A DNA stretch of 64,000 bases, taken from the IMG/VR virus record IMGVR_UViG_3300022602_000027. One strand, given 5' to 3'. Shown in pieces: positions 26,944-41,900 of the stretch. Source of the DNA: a virus (taxonomy: Duplodnaviria > Caudoviricetes). Under the pieces are notes generated by a model. That model was not told the origin of the DNA and did no database searches. It saw only the letters and a program-made list of their open reading frames with translations. Positions within the stretch are counted from its first letter, which is position 1. Each line of letters opens with the position of its first letter. Made by a program: the position numbers and the translations under genes.

Positions 26944-29900
26944 TGGCAACAAACGGCAACATCCCAATGGGTAACACCGGACTAGGTGTAAACTTTCTTC
27001 CAGACTTTTATCAAACTCCTGCGAATAAAAAATTCTTACAAGCAACTATTGATCAGTTATTTCAACCAGGTACGATAACTAAAACTAGTGGATTTATTGG
27101 AAGAGAAAACGCCAAAGCAGCCACTGGTGCTGATGTGTATATTCCAGCGGCTACTACATCTAGACAAAATTATCAATTAGAGCCTGGAATGGTAATTAAA
27201 GATTCATTAGGCAATGTAACATTTTTTAAAGACTATCAAGACTATATCAATCAGTTGACTGTATTTGGAGCTAACACTAGTAACCATGCAAGATTAAACA
27301 AACAAGAAATGTATTCTTGGGATCCGCATATTAACTGGGACAAATTTGTTAATTTCCAAGATTACTATTGGATGCCTTATGGCCCAGATGTTATTAAAAT
27401 TTATGGACAGCAACAAAATGCAGTCAGTACATATACTGTAGAAATTCAATCAGAGGGTAATGTTAACGAGTATTTGTTTACTCCTAACGGGTTTGATCTT
27501 AATCCTACAATAAAATTATATCGTGGACAAACTTATAATTTTAATATTACAAGCCCAGCAAATCCATTTAGTATTAAAACATCAAGAACTGCCGGAACTG
27601 GCGATCGCTATACTGTAGGTGTTAGTGATAATGCCGTTTTAACTGGCATCTTAACTTTTACCGTACCTATTGATGCACCTGATATTTTATACTATCAAAG
27701 TGAATCAGATTCATACTTAGGCGGTGCAATTGAAATTTATGATTACAAAGATAATTCTGCTATTGATGTTGAAAATGAAGTAATTGGAAAACAGTCTTAT
27801 AAATTAAACGATGGCACACAATTAAGCAACGGAATGAAAGTTTCCTTTGGAGGAAACGTTACACCTGCTAGTTACTCTAAAGGCAATTTTTATGTTGAAG
27901 GAGTAGGTGTTGCTATAAAATTAATACCTGAAACAATTTTAGAAATTGTTAGTCCTTATACTACAAATGAATCAATAGAATTTGACGCGACGGCATTTGA
28001 TACACAGCCGTTTGATGATGCTACAGGCTTTGCTACATTGCAAGATTATGTAGTTATTAATCGTGCCAGCCGAGATCATAACCCATGGAGTCGTTACAAT
28101 CGTTGGTTCCATAAGGATGTAATATCAGCGTCAGCTTTGTATAACAATGATTCAATTTCATTAGATCAAACAGCTCGAGCAACTAGACCAATTATTGAAT
28201 TCCAAGCAGATCTTAAATTGTTCAATATGGGAACAACGGCAATCATTGATATTGATTTAGTTGATGATTTTACTACTAACGTATTTTCAACTATTGAAGG
28301 ATCACGTGGTTATAATATTGACGGTGTTCCGTTAGTACACGGACAAAAAATAATATTCTTAGCAGATACCGATCCTCTTGTACAAAATAATATTTACGAA
28401 GTAGGAGTTGTTAACATCAACGGCTACAATCAAATAACATTAACACAAATTGCTTCTCCAACATTGAATGAATCAGCGTTAGTTTTACAAGGGGCAAAAA
28501 ATCAAAGTTTAATGTACTGGTATAACGGTAGCAACTGGGTTAAAGGACAACAAAAAACATCAACTAATCAAGCACCGCTATTTGATATAGTAGATGACAA
28601 TGGTGTAAGTTATGGAGATACTTCTGTATACACCGGATCTACTTTTACAGGTACTAAATTATTTTCTTATGCAGTTGGTACCGGTGTCAATGATGTTGTA
28701 TTAGGATTTCCATTAAGCTATCAAAACGTTGCTAATATTGGAGATATAGTATTTCAGTTTGATTTAGCAACTGATACTTTTGATTACAAATTAAGTTCTC
28801 AGCTAATGACTAGTAAAGTAGCGGCTGGATACTTAGTTAGTTCTGACTACGCAGGAAATCCTGTATATGTAAACGGCTGGCAAATTTGTAATACTACAAC
28901 ATTACAAGCCGCTGTAAGAATCTATAAAAATTCTGGATTAACAAATAATTTTAATATTGACATTTATGATGATGTTAATAATCTTAGTGATTTAACTGTA
29001 AAAATTTATGTAAATGGAATTAGATTAGATTCAACTTTGTGGACATTAGTAAAAGGTACCGCCTATTATACCGTAGTCTTAAACACATCTATTAAAACAA
29101 CAGATGTTTTAACAATTCGTTCTTTTGCTAGTCAGCCAGTTAACTCTAATGGGTATTACGAAATACCTACTAATTTACAAAACAATCCTTTAAATGCAGA
29201 TATTGGTACATTTACTTTAGGTGAAGTTACTGACCATGTGTCTAGTATAATTGATAATTTGCCTTCTAACGAATTTTTAGGAGTCTTTCCAGGCGATGGA
29301 AACTTAAGAGATTTAGGTAACATTACTCAATATGGTACAAAATTTGTACAACACAGCGGCCCTCTAAGTCTTGCAATGTATCATATTGCATCAGAAACAA
29401 ATAATATTATCAAGGCTCTAGAAACTGCTAGAGATGATTATAATAGCTTCAAACGAAATTTTATTGAAATTGCTAGCTCATTAGGTGTTGACGGTGATAC
29501 TGTTCAATTAATTGAATTAATTATGCAAAAAATTAATTCAAACAGACCTAATACTGCACCTTACTATTTTAGTGATATGGTTCCATACGGAGCAAATGTT
29601 TCTACTGATTTAACTGTTGTTGATTATAGAATAAAAACATATCCATTGTCTAACGCATTTTCTTTAGATACATTATCTAATAAAGCAGTTGGCGTTTATT
29701 TAAATGGATCTCAATTGGTATATCAAAGAGATTATACATTTAATAGTCAAGGATTTATAGAAATATCTAGTAGCGTAGCAATGAATAACGGAGACACAAT
29801 TACCACAGTTGAATATGAATCAACTGACGGTTGTTTTGTTCCAGCAACTCCTACTAAATTAGGTTTATGGCCTGCATATATCCCACAGATTTATTTAGAT

Positions 29901-32900
29901 ACTACTTTACTTGATCCGATTGAAGTAATACAAGGACACGATGGCAGTATTATTGCCGCTTACGGTGACTACAGAGATGCATTAATATTAGAACTAGAAT
30001 TACGAATCTACAATAATATTAAAGTAAAATACGATTCAAATATTTTTGATGTAAACGACATCATTCCTGGATACAGCAGAACTAATGATTATTCTCTTGC
30101 AGAATTTAATCAAGTACTTGCACCTAATTTTTATCAGTGGGCTGGTTTAGTTGGAGTTGACTTTACTAAACCTTTAAGTTATGATCGTTCAAACACGTTT
30201 ACTTATAACTATTCAGGCGATTCTGCTCCAAATCAAGCCGCTACTCCCGGATTCTGGAGAGGCATATATCGTTGGATGTTAGATACAGATCGTCCACATC
30301 TATGTCCTTGGGAGATGTTAGGATTTAGTACTGAACCATCTTGGTGGACTTCTGTATACGGACCTGCTCCATATACCAGCGATAACTTAATTTTATGGAC
30401 AGATTTATCTACTGGAACTATAAGAGAACCTGGCGTTCCTGTTATTACTGTAGACAAATATGCTAGACCATTTTTGTTAAATTATTTGCCAGTTAACGAG
30501 AACGGTGATTTATTAAGTCCTATTCGTTCTGGATTAGCACAAGGTGTAATAACAGAAAGCACTGGAAACGATTTTGTATTTGGCGATGTAAGCCCGATAG
30601 AAGCCGCATGGAGACGTAGTAGTTACTATCCATTTGGTGTAATAATTTCTTCAATGTTATTGACTCCTGCAAAAACTTTTGGTTTATTGTTAGATAGATC
30701 AAGAGTCGTGCGTAACAAAGCTGGACAACTAGTTTATAAAGATACTAATCTACGTATTCAACCTTCGGATATTTTAATCCCAAGCATTTATTCTAGTACA
30801 ACTAGAGTGCAAACTGCTGGTATTGTAAATTATGTAGTTGATCTTATTTTAAATATTATTTTTAGTAACAATCAAAATTCTTACAATTCTTATCAGTCTG
30901 ATTTAAAATTAATTACTCCACAATTAAGTTACAGAGTTGGATCATTTACAAATCAAAATCAATTTAATTTGTTGCTTGAAAGTAAAACTCCGTCAGCAAC
31001 TGGTAGTGTGTTTATTCCAAAAGAAAGTTATCAAGTATTTTTAAATTCTTCAAACCCTACTAAAAAAATCACATACAGTGGTGTAGTTATTACAAAATTA
31101 TCTACAGGATTTGAAGTTAAAGGTTATAGCAAATCTCAACCTTACTTTAATTATTACAGTTATATTTCATCAGGAACTGCTATTAACATAGGCGGAATTT
31201 CTGAAAGCGTTGCAACCTGGACACAAGGACAACAATATATTGTTGGGCAAGTAGTACAATATGGAAATGCATATTATAGAACAACTGTTAAAAATGTAGC
31301 AGGCGTATCTTTTGACAAAACAATGTTTACTCAGTTGCCCAGCCTTCCAATAGTGGGCGGAGTTACTGCAATATTTAGAGACACATGGAATAAAAATACT
31401 TTAAATGTTGCTCCTTACGGAACACAATTTGCTACTGTACAAGAAGTTGTAGATTTCTTATTAGGATATGAACAATATTTAATTGACCAAGGATTCGTAT
31501 TTGATGACTTCAATGGAAATTTAAATGCAGTTACCAACTGGTCAACTAGTGCAAAAGAATTTATGTTCTGGACTACACAAAATTGGGCCGGTGGACAAAC
31601 ACTATGGACTGATTGGTTACCAAACCAACTGTATAGTTACGGAACTATAGTTCGATACAATGGCGAATACTACAGTGCTCAGTATAATATTCCTGAGTTA
31701 GATACATTTGATACTACACAATGGATAGCATTGCCTGGATTAAGCAATGTAGGCAGTAGTGTAATTAGTTTGAGTCCGTCTGCAAATAAAATTACTTTTA
31801 CAACTGACTTAACAGTAGTTGATAATATCAGTAATCCGTTTAACAAATACGAAATATTTAAAGTAGACAGCACACCTTTACAACCAAGTGAGTTAGATAG
31901 TTATAGAGAAAACAATGTTGTAAGTTATAGTCCTCGAGGAACTGCTGGAATTTACTGTGCTAGTTTTTACTTAATACAAAATGAACATGTAGTAATTATA
32001 GACAATACAGATATTTTCAACGATGTTATATATAATCCACCAAGCGGATATCGCAGAGAGCGTATTAAAGTTTCAGGTTATGTAACTGAAGGATGGTACG
32101 GCGGATTAGATATTCCTGGATTTATATATGATGGTGCTAAAGTACAAAATTGGCAACCATGGCAAGATTATAACATGGCTGATATTATTTCCTATCAAGG
32201 AAATTATTATAGCGCCAATAAATTTATAGCAGGTGCGTCAGTGTTTAACTCTGTGGAATGGTTAAGATTAAAAAATCAACCAACTGCACAGCTATTACCT
32301 AACTGGACAAATACTGCTACACAATTTATAGATTTTTACGGCCTTGACATTGATAATTTTAATATTCAGCAACAGCAGTTTGCTCAACACTTAATTGGTT
32401 ATCAAACACGTCAATACTTAGACAATATTATTCAAGACCCAGTTAGCGAATTTAAATTCTTCCAAGGAATGATTCGTGATAAAGGTACACAGAATGTATT
32501 GAATCATTTGTTTAATGTATTGAGCAATGACGGAACAGAAAGTCTAACTTTCTATGAAGAGTGGGCTATCCGTGTTGGACAATATGGTGCGGCAAAAGCG
32601 TTTGAAAATTTTGAAGTTGTTATTGATCAAAATGAATATAAAAATAATCCTCAAGGATATTATCTAACTACTAGAAAAAATAATAAAGTTAGTACTGTTA
32701 TTAATCAATTAACTCCTAATGAAATTTATGTTAAACCTTTAGGGTATGATAATCAACCATTCCCTGTATTAGAAAATCCTGATCCAGTCTTGCGTAGTGC
32801 AGGATATGTAAACCCTATTGATGTGACATTTAAACTAGGATATATTTCAGATATACTTAATTATGATGTATCTTTATTAGGTAATGGTCAATATGTTTGG

Positions 32901-35900
32901 ACTGCATTTAGCGAAAACACATGGAATATCTACAGATTTACAGATTTGCAAATCCGTGTACTTAATGTAAGTTACTCAACTGACACTAAAACATTAACTT
33001 TGACTACACAAAATCTAATAGTTCTAAAAGCTGGAGATTATATTGGATTAGATCAAGTAGCAAGTATTAAAGGATTTTATAAAGTAGCAAGTGTTTCTTT
33101 AAATTCATTTACAGTAGTAACACCAACTGCAATAACAATTCCGTCTCCATTTACAAATACAAGTGAAGTAGTCGTTTATGTATTAACTACTCAACGCACT
33201 AGTTCTATGGATACATTAGACAAGTTATTGTTATCACATTTAAAACCTAAAACTTTAATATGGACAGATGATGACGGTAGCGGAAAGTGGGCAGTATGGC
33301 AATACAATTCTGTTTATGCCACACAAAATATTCCAAATGCAACACCGTCTACTAACTTTAATTTTGGTTCTAGTTTGTCAATTAACACACAAGGGTCTAT
33401 ATTAGCAGTTAGCAATAGTCAAGGCACGGTATCTATTTTTGATAAAGTGGGTCGTTCAGTTAAATGGGAAGCAAGAGGACATTTGTTAGAGCCTTTTATA
33501 TCAAAGAACGGCATAGTAAATGCTGATCAAGTTGCTACAGTAACCGCAATAAGTGCGGATGGAACATGGTTAGTAACTGGTAGTCCTAATGCTGGCTATG
33601 CAAGAACAAATTATAAAGGCGTTTACAATTCTAGCTCAACATACGCTATTAATAGTGTTGTGGCTGTACAAAATTCTACAAATAATTATTCTTACTATCA
33701 AGCATACCGAGCAGTTCCTATTAACACTCCAACAACTAATACTACTTACTGGTATGCAGTACCTTATGTTGATGTAAATCAAGTACAAGGATCTGATTCA
33801 AGTTTAGCAAATCAAGGTGTAATTAGCATCTACTTAAAAGATTTAGATAACAATTATAATTTAGTTGATACTATTATAAGTCCTTTGCCAAGCGCAAATG
33901 AACAATTTGGATCTAGTCTTATTTTTGGTAACAATACCTTGTATGTTGGTGCTGTGGGTTATAATAATGGCGCAGGTCGAGTATACAAATTATCATACTC
34001 TAGTACAGTGCGTGTTGAAACACAATACAATCCTGTAGGCAGTATTAACAGTACACTAGCAGTTACATCAACTAACGGAATTCGAGTTGGAATGATTGTT
34101 AGCGGTGTTGGGTTTACTAGCGGACAAACAGTGGATGCGGTGTTAAGTGAGACTACATTAGAACTAAGTGGAACACCTGACACTGGAGTTATACCTTCAG
34201 GTATGCTTCAATTTATAACAAATAGTTGGGCATATGACTGGACAGAAAATTATGTTGGTACTGGTACAAATGCATTAGGATCTAATTTATCAATAAGTTC
34301 AGATGCTAGCACACTTGCTATTACTGCCGTTGGCACTGCTCACATTTATAAAAATACTGGTAATGGTTTAGAAGAAATACAAGTATTAACTGGAAGCGAT
34401 GCATATTTTGGAAAAGCTATTGCAATATCACCGGACGGCACATACATTGCCGCATCTGACGACACATCAGGTAATGTAAGCCAACAAGGTAATGTTACAG
34501 TTTATCAATATAGCAATGGTACATACACTTCGTCACAAACTTTAGTTAATCATCAACCTGAAACAAACGGTTTGTTTGGTAATAAGATAGCGTTTATGGA
34601 TGATACTACTATTGTCGTTTATAGTAAAAATGGCGATAGCACTATTACAACTACATTTGATAATGATACTACTACATTTGATAAGAGCTCTACTAATTTC
34701 TTAACAGTAGAAGTTAATAGTGGGCGTGTAGATATATATGACAAATATCACAATGTTTGGGTATTCAGTGAAAGTTTAGAATCAGAAAATCTTCCTAGCG
34801 ATGGTTACGGAACAGGATTTGCAGTAGGTGCTAACCAAGTAATTGTTAGCGCACCTAATGCATCTGATCAAAGTCTTGCATCAGGACAAGTTTATAGTTA
34901 TGGAAAACAGAATGACACATATTCTTGGTCAATCTATGAACAGCAAGATGTAGTACCTGATGTTAATAAAATTAGAAAAGCATTCTTGTATGATCAAACA
35001 TTAGGAAAACTAGTAACATATCTTGATATTGTTGATCCTCTACAAGGAAAGATTCCAGGACCTGCACAAGAAGAAATTACATATCAAACATTCTATGATC
35101 CAGCAAGTTACTCGTACAGCGACGGCACTGCTGGTGTTGTTCTAAATACAAATGAATTCTGGGCAGATATACCTGTTGGACAATTATGGTGGGATTTAAG
35201 AACTACCAAGTTCTTAGAAAATAATTTTAATGATCCATCTTATAGAAACAGTGCTTGGAATACACTAGCAGAAGGCGCAAGCGTTGATATTTACGAATGG
35301 GTTTCAACTAACTTATTGCCATCTAATTGGGATAATTTAGCAGACACTCCGTCAGGAATTGCTATCGGTATCAGCGGAACAAGTTTATATGGTAATTCAG
35401 CTTACAGCGTAACACAAGTATACGATAACATTAGTAAAACATTTAGAAATACATATTATTTCTGGGTTAAAAATAGAAAAATAGTTCCAGCATCAACTAG
35501 CGGTAGAAACATGGCCGCAAATGATGTTTCACTATTAATTGCTAATCCACGAGCACAAGGTTATACATGTTTAGCGATTACAGGAGTTGATACATTTAGT
35601 TTAGTAAATGCCGCTGGATATTTAAAAGGTACTGAAGTTATTCTTGCTATTGAATACTGGGTAATCGATAAAACAGATCAAAATGTTCACAGCCAATGGA
35701 AATTAATCAGTAATGATACACTTGTTAACCTTCCAGCTGTTATTGAACAAAAATGGTTTGATAGTTTATGCGGTATTGACGAAGGCGGTCGTTCAGTGCC
35801 AGATCCAACTTTACCTATTAAATTACGTTACGGTATTGAAAATCGTCCTCGCCAGAGTATGTTTGTGAACCGTATTGAGGCATTAAAAGAATTTATTGAA

Positions 35901-38900
35901 AGTGTTAATACAACATTAAGCACATATCAAACTACAGAATTGAAAGATATTAGTTCTTTAGAATCTTATGATCCTATCCCTAATCCAATATATGGATTAT
36001 ATGATAAGATTGTTGATACTTATGAAGAATTAGGATTTGCAAGTATTGGTTATTTCTCAGTACCGGTACTAACACCAATTATTACTAATGGTAGCATTAC
36101 TGGAATTACGGTAATTAATTCAGGCAAAGGATATGTTTATGCTCCTTACGTTACTATTATTGGATCAGGTGAAGGTGCAGTAGTACGTACAACAATCAAT
36201 GCGTTAGGTGAAATTACAGGTGCAACTATTATCAATGGCGGTACTGGATATAATAGCGGTACACAATGCTCAGTTCGTAGTTACTCTGTGCTAGTAAACA
36301 GTGACAGTACTTCATCTGACACATGGAGCATTTATTCTTATAATACCATTAGTAAACAATATTCTAAAGTATTAACACAAGGTTACGATGTTAGAAAATA
36401 TTGGTCTTATATGGACTGGTATGAAACAGGATTCAGTCAGTTTAGTGCTCCTGATATTACTGTTAACAATTTTGTTGATTTGAATACTACACAAGATATA
36501 TTCTTTAATCAAGCACGAAATAACACTATTGGTAATGGACAATTAGTTAAAGTATTAAATGGAAATGCAAACAAGTGGGTATTGTTGTATAGATACTCTT
36601 CAGTTGTTTCTGTAGACTGGACACAAAGCTATCGCGTAGTAGGAATTCAAGACGGAACAATTCAATTTAATACTAACTTGTATGAGTTTGCAGGAACTGA
36701 TATTGGTTACGACTCTAGCATTTTTAATACATCAAACTTTGACGTTCAAGCTAGTGCTGAATTACGAATTATACTTAACACTATAAAAAATAATATTTTA
36801 ATAAACGATCTAAAACAAAATTATTTAGATTTATTCTTAAACGGTTTAAGATATGCGCACAGCGAACAGCCGTTTATTGACTGGGCGTTCAAAACTAGTT
36901 TTGTCCGTGCTACTCATAATGTTGGACAATTATCCCAACCAGTTAACTATCCTGTTGATAATTTAAGTAATTTCCAAGATTATGTTGCAGAAGTTAAACC
37001 TTATAGAACTAAAATTAGAGAATATGTAAGTCAATATACTAGCATTGATACTAATCAATCAGCAGTAACAGACTTTGACTTACAACCTAATTATTCAAAT
37101 ACAAAAATTAAACCAGTTGAGACAACATTTATTAACAACAGTATTAGTGTTGTAGATCCAACAATACAAAATTATCCTTGGAAGTTTTGGTTAGACAATG
37201 TTGGTTTTAGCATTATTGAAATTAAAATCGTCAGTGGTGGTAGCGGCTATGCTAGTGCTCCAGTAGTAATTATTGATCAGCCAACTGGTGCAAATTCTGT
37301 TCCAGCTACGGCTAAAGCATTTATTACTAACGGAGTAGTTAATAGAATATTATTAACAAACATTGATACATACGGTCGTGCTGGTAGCGGATACCTAAGT
37401 GCGCCGAGCGTAACGCTTTATGGTGGATTAGATAAAGGCGGAGTAGCAGCCAAAGCAGTTGCAATTATTGGAAATAGCGTTGTACGTTCAACATCAACTG
37501 AGTTGCGTTTTGACCGTGTTAACCAAACTTATTACCTAGCAAACTTGCAACAAGTTGATTCATTTACTGGTACTGGTTCTAAACTACAGTATGTGTTAAC
37601 TTGGGCACCAGACATTCGTGCAGGAGAATCTAGTGTTACAGTTAACGGTATTCCTGTTTTAAGAGAATTGTATGCGTTGTCAGTAGTAAGCTCAACTGCA
37701 TCTGGATATACACAATATACAGGTAAAATTACGTTTGCCTCAGCTCCGGCAACTGGATCAACAATAGTTGTCAAATACAATAAAGCACCGTCAGTATTAA
37801 CAGCGGTCGATCGTATTCAATACTATTATAATCCAGCATCTGGACAGTTAGGAAAAGATTTAGGACAGTTAATGACTGGAGTTGATTACGGCGGTGTTGT
37901 AGTCAGCGGTTTAGGTTTTGATGTAGCCGGCGGATGGGGTTCTGCTCCGTACTTAACAGATGCATGGGATAGTAGACCTGCAACATTTAAAGATTATTCT
38001 GTACAAGTTACAGGTAATACTCACGTGTTTACGTTGCCATATACACCTGCTAATGGAACAGCGATCAACATTTATTTCTCAAGATTGATAACAACTTCTT
38101 ACGTATCCGACGGAGTTTCGTTGCAATATGCTTACGATTTATCTTTATTAGATGTATCCGTTAATGTTGTAACAGTTACTCAAACAACAGCAATTACCGC
38201 AACTTATGTTCCAAGTCAAATTGTTAACGGTATAACATTTATTAGTAGCGGCTATACATTAGTAGTATCGGATACTACTGGAATTGTTCCAGGAATGATT
38301 GTAAGTGGAACTGGTTTTTCTAGAAGACAAAAAGTTGTAAATGTAGTTAACTCAACAACATTAACTATTGATAACGTAGCAGATACTGCTCCGAGCGGAT
38401 TAATAACATTCTCTAACTTAGCAGGCGGATTTGTTTTAACTGTGTCTGATACTACTGGATTAGCAGTTGGCGATGTTGTGACAGCCTCAACTGCTCACGG
38501 AACAATTTTTGCATACGGTACTACTGTGACAGCAGTTAATTCTTCAACGTCTGTTACTTTAAATCAAGTACTTTATTCAACAATAACTCCAGGAACAAAT
38601 ATAAACTTTACTAAAAATTTAGTAGAACCAACAGACGTAGTTATTAATGCATCTGGAACTATTCAATTATTAGAAGCATACGCTTCTGGAAGTACAATTA
38701 ATATTATTGGACAAAAACCACCAGTAAGATTAGACGATCCTTATTATGGAATGTCCGCCACACAAAACTGGGCTACTGGCACTGTGTATGCAGTTAATGA
38801 TCTTGTTCTTTACAATAGTATTTCTTATATTTGTAAGACTGCACACACTGCCGCTTCTTCATGGAGTATAGATTTTGCTCAAGGATATTGGAAATTAATT

Positions 38901-41900
38901 AACACTAATGCTATTATTCCTACTCCGGTTATTGGCGTTAGTGTAATTACAAACGTAGTTGAAGGTGGCGCTGGTGGCGCAACATTGACAATTTCATCAT
39001 ATAGTGGAGTAGACGACGGGGGTTCAGCATCAACGGTTGAATCATCAATTATTGATGGAGGAATTATTGATGACTCTCCAACTAATGTAATTGAAATCCC
39101 TGCAACATTTACAGTATTACCAGGAGATGAATTTATTTTAAGAGAATCTACTAGCGACGGTTCTATTTCAACCCCTGATGCAAATTACGATACATCAATG
39201 GATGGCGGAAATTTAACTTATTCAACTGCTACAGGTATTGCCGCAGATGACATAGTTGTTGATGGAGATGGATTTGTAACCCCAACTTCAAGTCCAGCAC
39301 CGGAAGAAGTTGTTCCAGGACAAGTTGTTGATGCATTATCTATTAAAGTTTATGATAAATCACAAGCAGGTTCTGCCGCTATAAAAGTAAACTCACAGAT
39401 TACAGACGGTATTACTAATACATACAGCATTGGGCAAACTCCTAATAGTCCTCGAGCATTAATTGTAAAATTAGGTAATAATATTCAAACGTACGGAACC
39501 GACTACTCAATAGATTATACAAACGGAACAGTAACATTTACTCCGTCTGGAAATAGTATTCTTTCAACAGGACAGTTGGTAACAATTTTTAGTGTTGGAT
39601 TCAACGGTACTAATATTTTAGATTTAGATTATTTTGTTGGTGACGGTGTTACAACAGAATTTATAACTCGAGCACCATGGATTACTCCTGTTACTAGTTT
39701 AATATATGTTGACGGAATTTCAACTCCTGCAAATTTATTTAAAACTGATAGTACATACACATTTACTAATGCTATTGGAATTAGATTTATAACACCACCT
39801 GCTGTAGGAAAATTAATTAATTTTATTATTGTTAGCGGCAATCAACAAACATTTGCAACTACAAAAACTGAAAGAATTACCGCAACAGGCTCATCAACAT
39901 ATACTTTAACATATCCTATTGGAATAACTTTACCAAACGAAAGCAATATGATTGTAAGAGTTAACCAACAAATATTAAGTGCTCCTGTTAATAATTATTT
40001 TACTATCGGTAATGATCAGTTAACTTATACATTAGATCCAAGTAAGGCACTTCCGTATTCTACAACAGTTGATAATGTTTTAGTTTATGCAGAAGGTAGT
40101 ACATTAACTTTTGGATCAGATTATACTGTTGACCCAGCTGGTATTTCAGTAACAATTAACCAAAACATATACGCAGAATACGAAGGTAAATCATTAATTG
40201 TTAGTATCATTACAAATGAAGGTTACACATACAATCCAATCAGCAGTCAGATTACATTTGCGCAAGGATCTGTTCCTTCAAACGGCGATGTTGTTGAAAT
40301 AATTAGTAACTACTTGCAAGATATTTTAGATATAGAACGCACAGAAGTACAGTATTCATCTACATTTACTTTAACACCTGGAACAATTGAATTCTTCAAA
40401 TACAATGCTCTTGGTGGCGGATTAATTCAATTAGACAGACCTGTAATTAATGCCGACTATGTTTGGGTAATTAAAAATAAAACTTTATTAAGTTCTGGTA
40501 CTGATTATAAACTTAATGAAGATTTACAAAGTTTACGTTTAGCAAAACCTTTAAGAAGCTCAGATGTTTTAGAGTTAATAACTTTTGGTAGCAACATTTT
40601 ACCTTCAGCTGGTATTTCATATATGCAGTTTAAGGATATGCTAAACAGAGTAAGATATATTCGATTAAATGCAAATAAGCAAACTACACTAGTGCAAGAT
40701 TTAAAATGGAATGACACACAAATTGTAGTAAATGATGCAAGTCAACTTGATCAACCAAATGCAGCCGCAAACAGACCGGGTGTAATTGAAATACGTGGCG
40801 AGCGCATTGAATATTTTAATGTTAACGGAAATGTTTTAAGTCAATTACGTCGAGGTACATTAGGAACAGGAGTTTACAATTTAAATAAATCTGGATCATA
40901 CGTACAAGGAATTGGTGCAAGTGAATATATTCCTTACACCGATACTACAGTAACTGAAACAGTTAAATCGTCAGGACAAGGAGTTCCGCGAACAACTGGA
41001 ACAGTATTGTCTACAACATCAAGCGTTGCAGAACCAATTGCCAACTTTGGTATAACAACTACATCTGGACAACTATCTGTATCGACTGGACAATATTATG
41101 TAGGTCAAGTGATTACTATAAGTGGTCAACCTGTACACAGTACACTCAATGGTGTAGTTTCTTTAGGCACTAATGGACAATTTAGTTGTTTGCCAACAAC
41201 TGTTACATTAGCATCTGGACAATCTGTAATTATTAACAATTCAACGGCTAATGCTCCAATTATTGGTCTAGCAATTACAGGAACATCAGGTCAATTTAGT
41301 TGTTCTTCAAGTCCAGTGCCATTAGTAGTAGGACAGCAAGTAACTTTAATAGGCTTAGTTACTGTTTCTCGATTCTTGTCTGGAGTTACCATTAACAACA
41401 CAAGTGGATTGTTCCAATGTACATATTCAAATACATTATTACAAGTGGGACAAACTGTAACTGTTACTGGAACATTTGGCGGTGGTGGCGGAATCTTAGG
41501 GTACACAAGTGGTACAACTTATACTATTAGTGCAACTGATGGACATAGCAATTTCACCTTAATTACATCACCTACAACATTTACAGCAGTTTCTGCTACT
41601 AATATTATTGGTACAGGATCAGGCGCAGTGTTCAATGTGTATGCGGCAAATAGAGGATATAAAGTTACGATAGCATCAGCTGGTACAGGCTATGCTGTTG
41701 GCAACACTATGAAAATTTTAGGTGGCGCATTAGGTGGCACTAATGTAACTAATGATTTGCTTATTTCAGTTGCTGGAGTATCTAATGGCACTATTACAGC
41801 TATTTCTGTTAGCGGTGTTTCAAATTACGGTGATCCGTTGATCACAACCTCCGGAGTTCCAACAGGAGTTACTTGGCAACTAGTGGCAGGATCTGGAAGT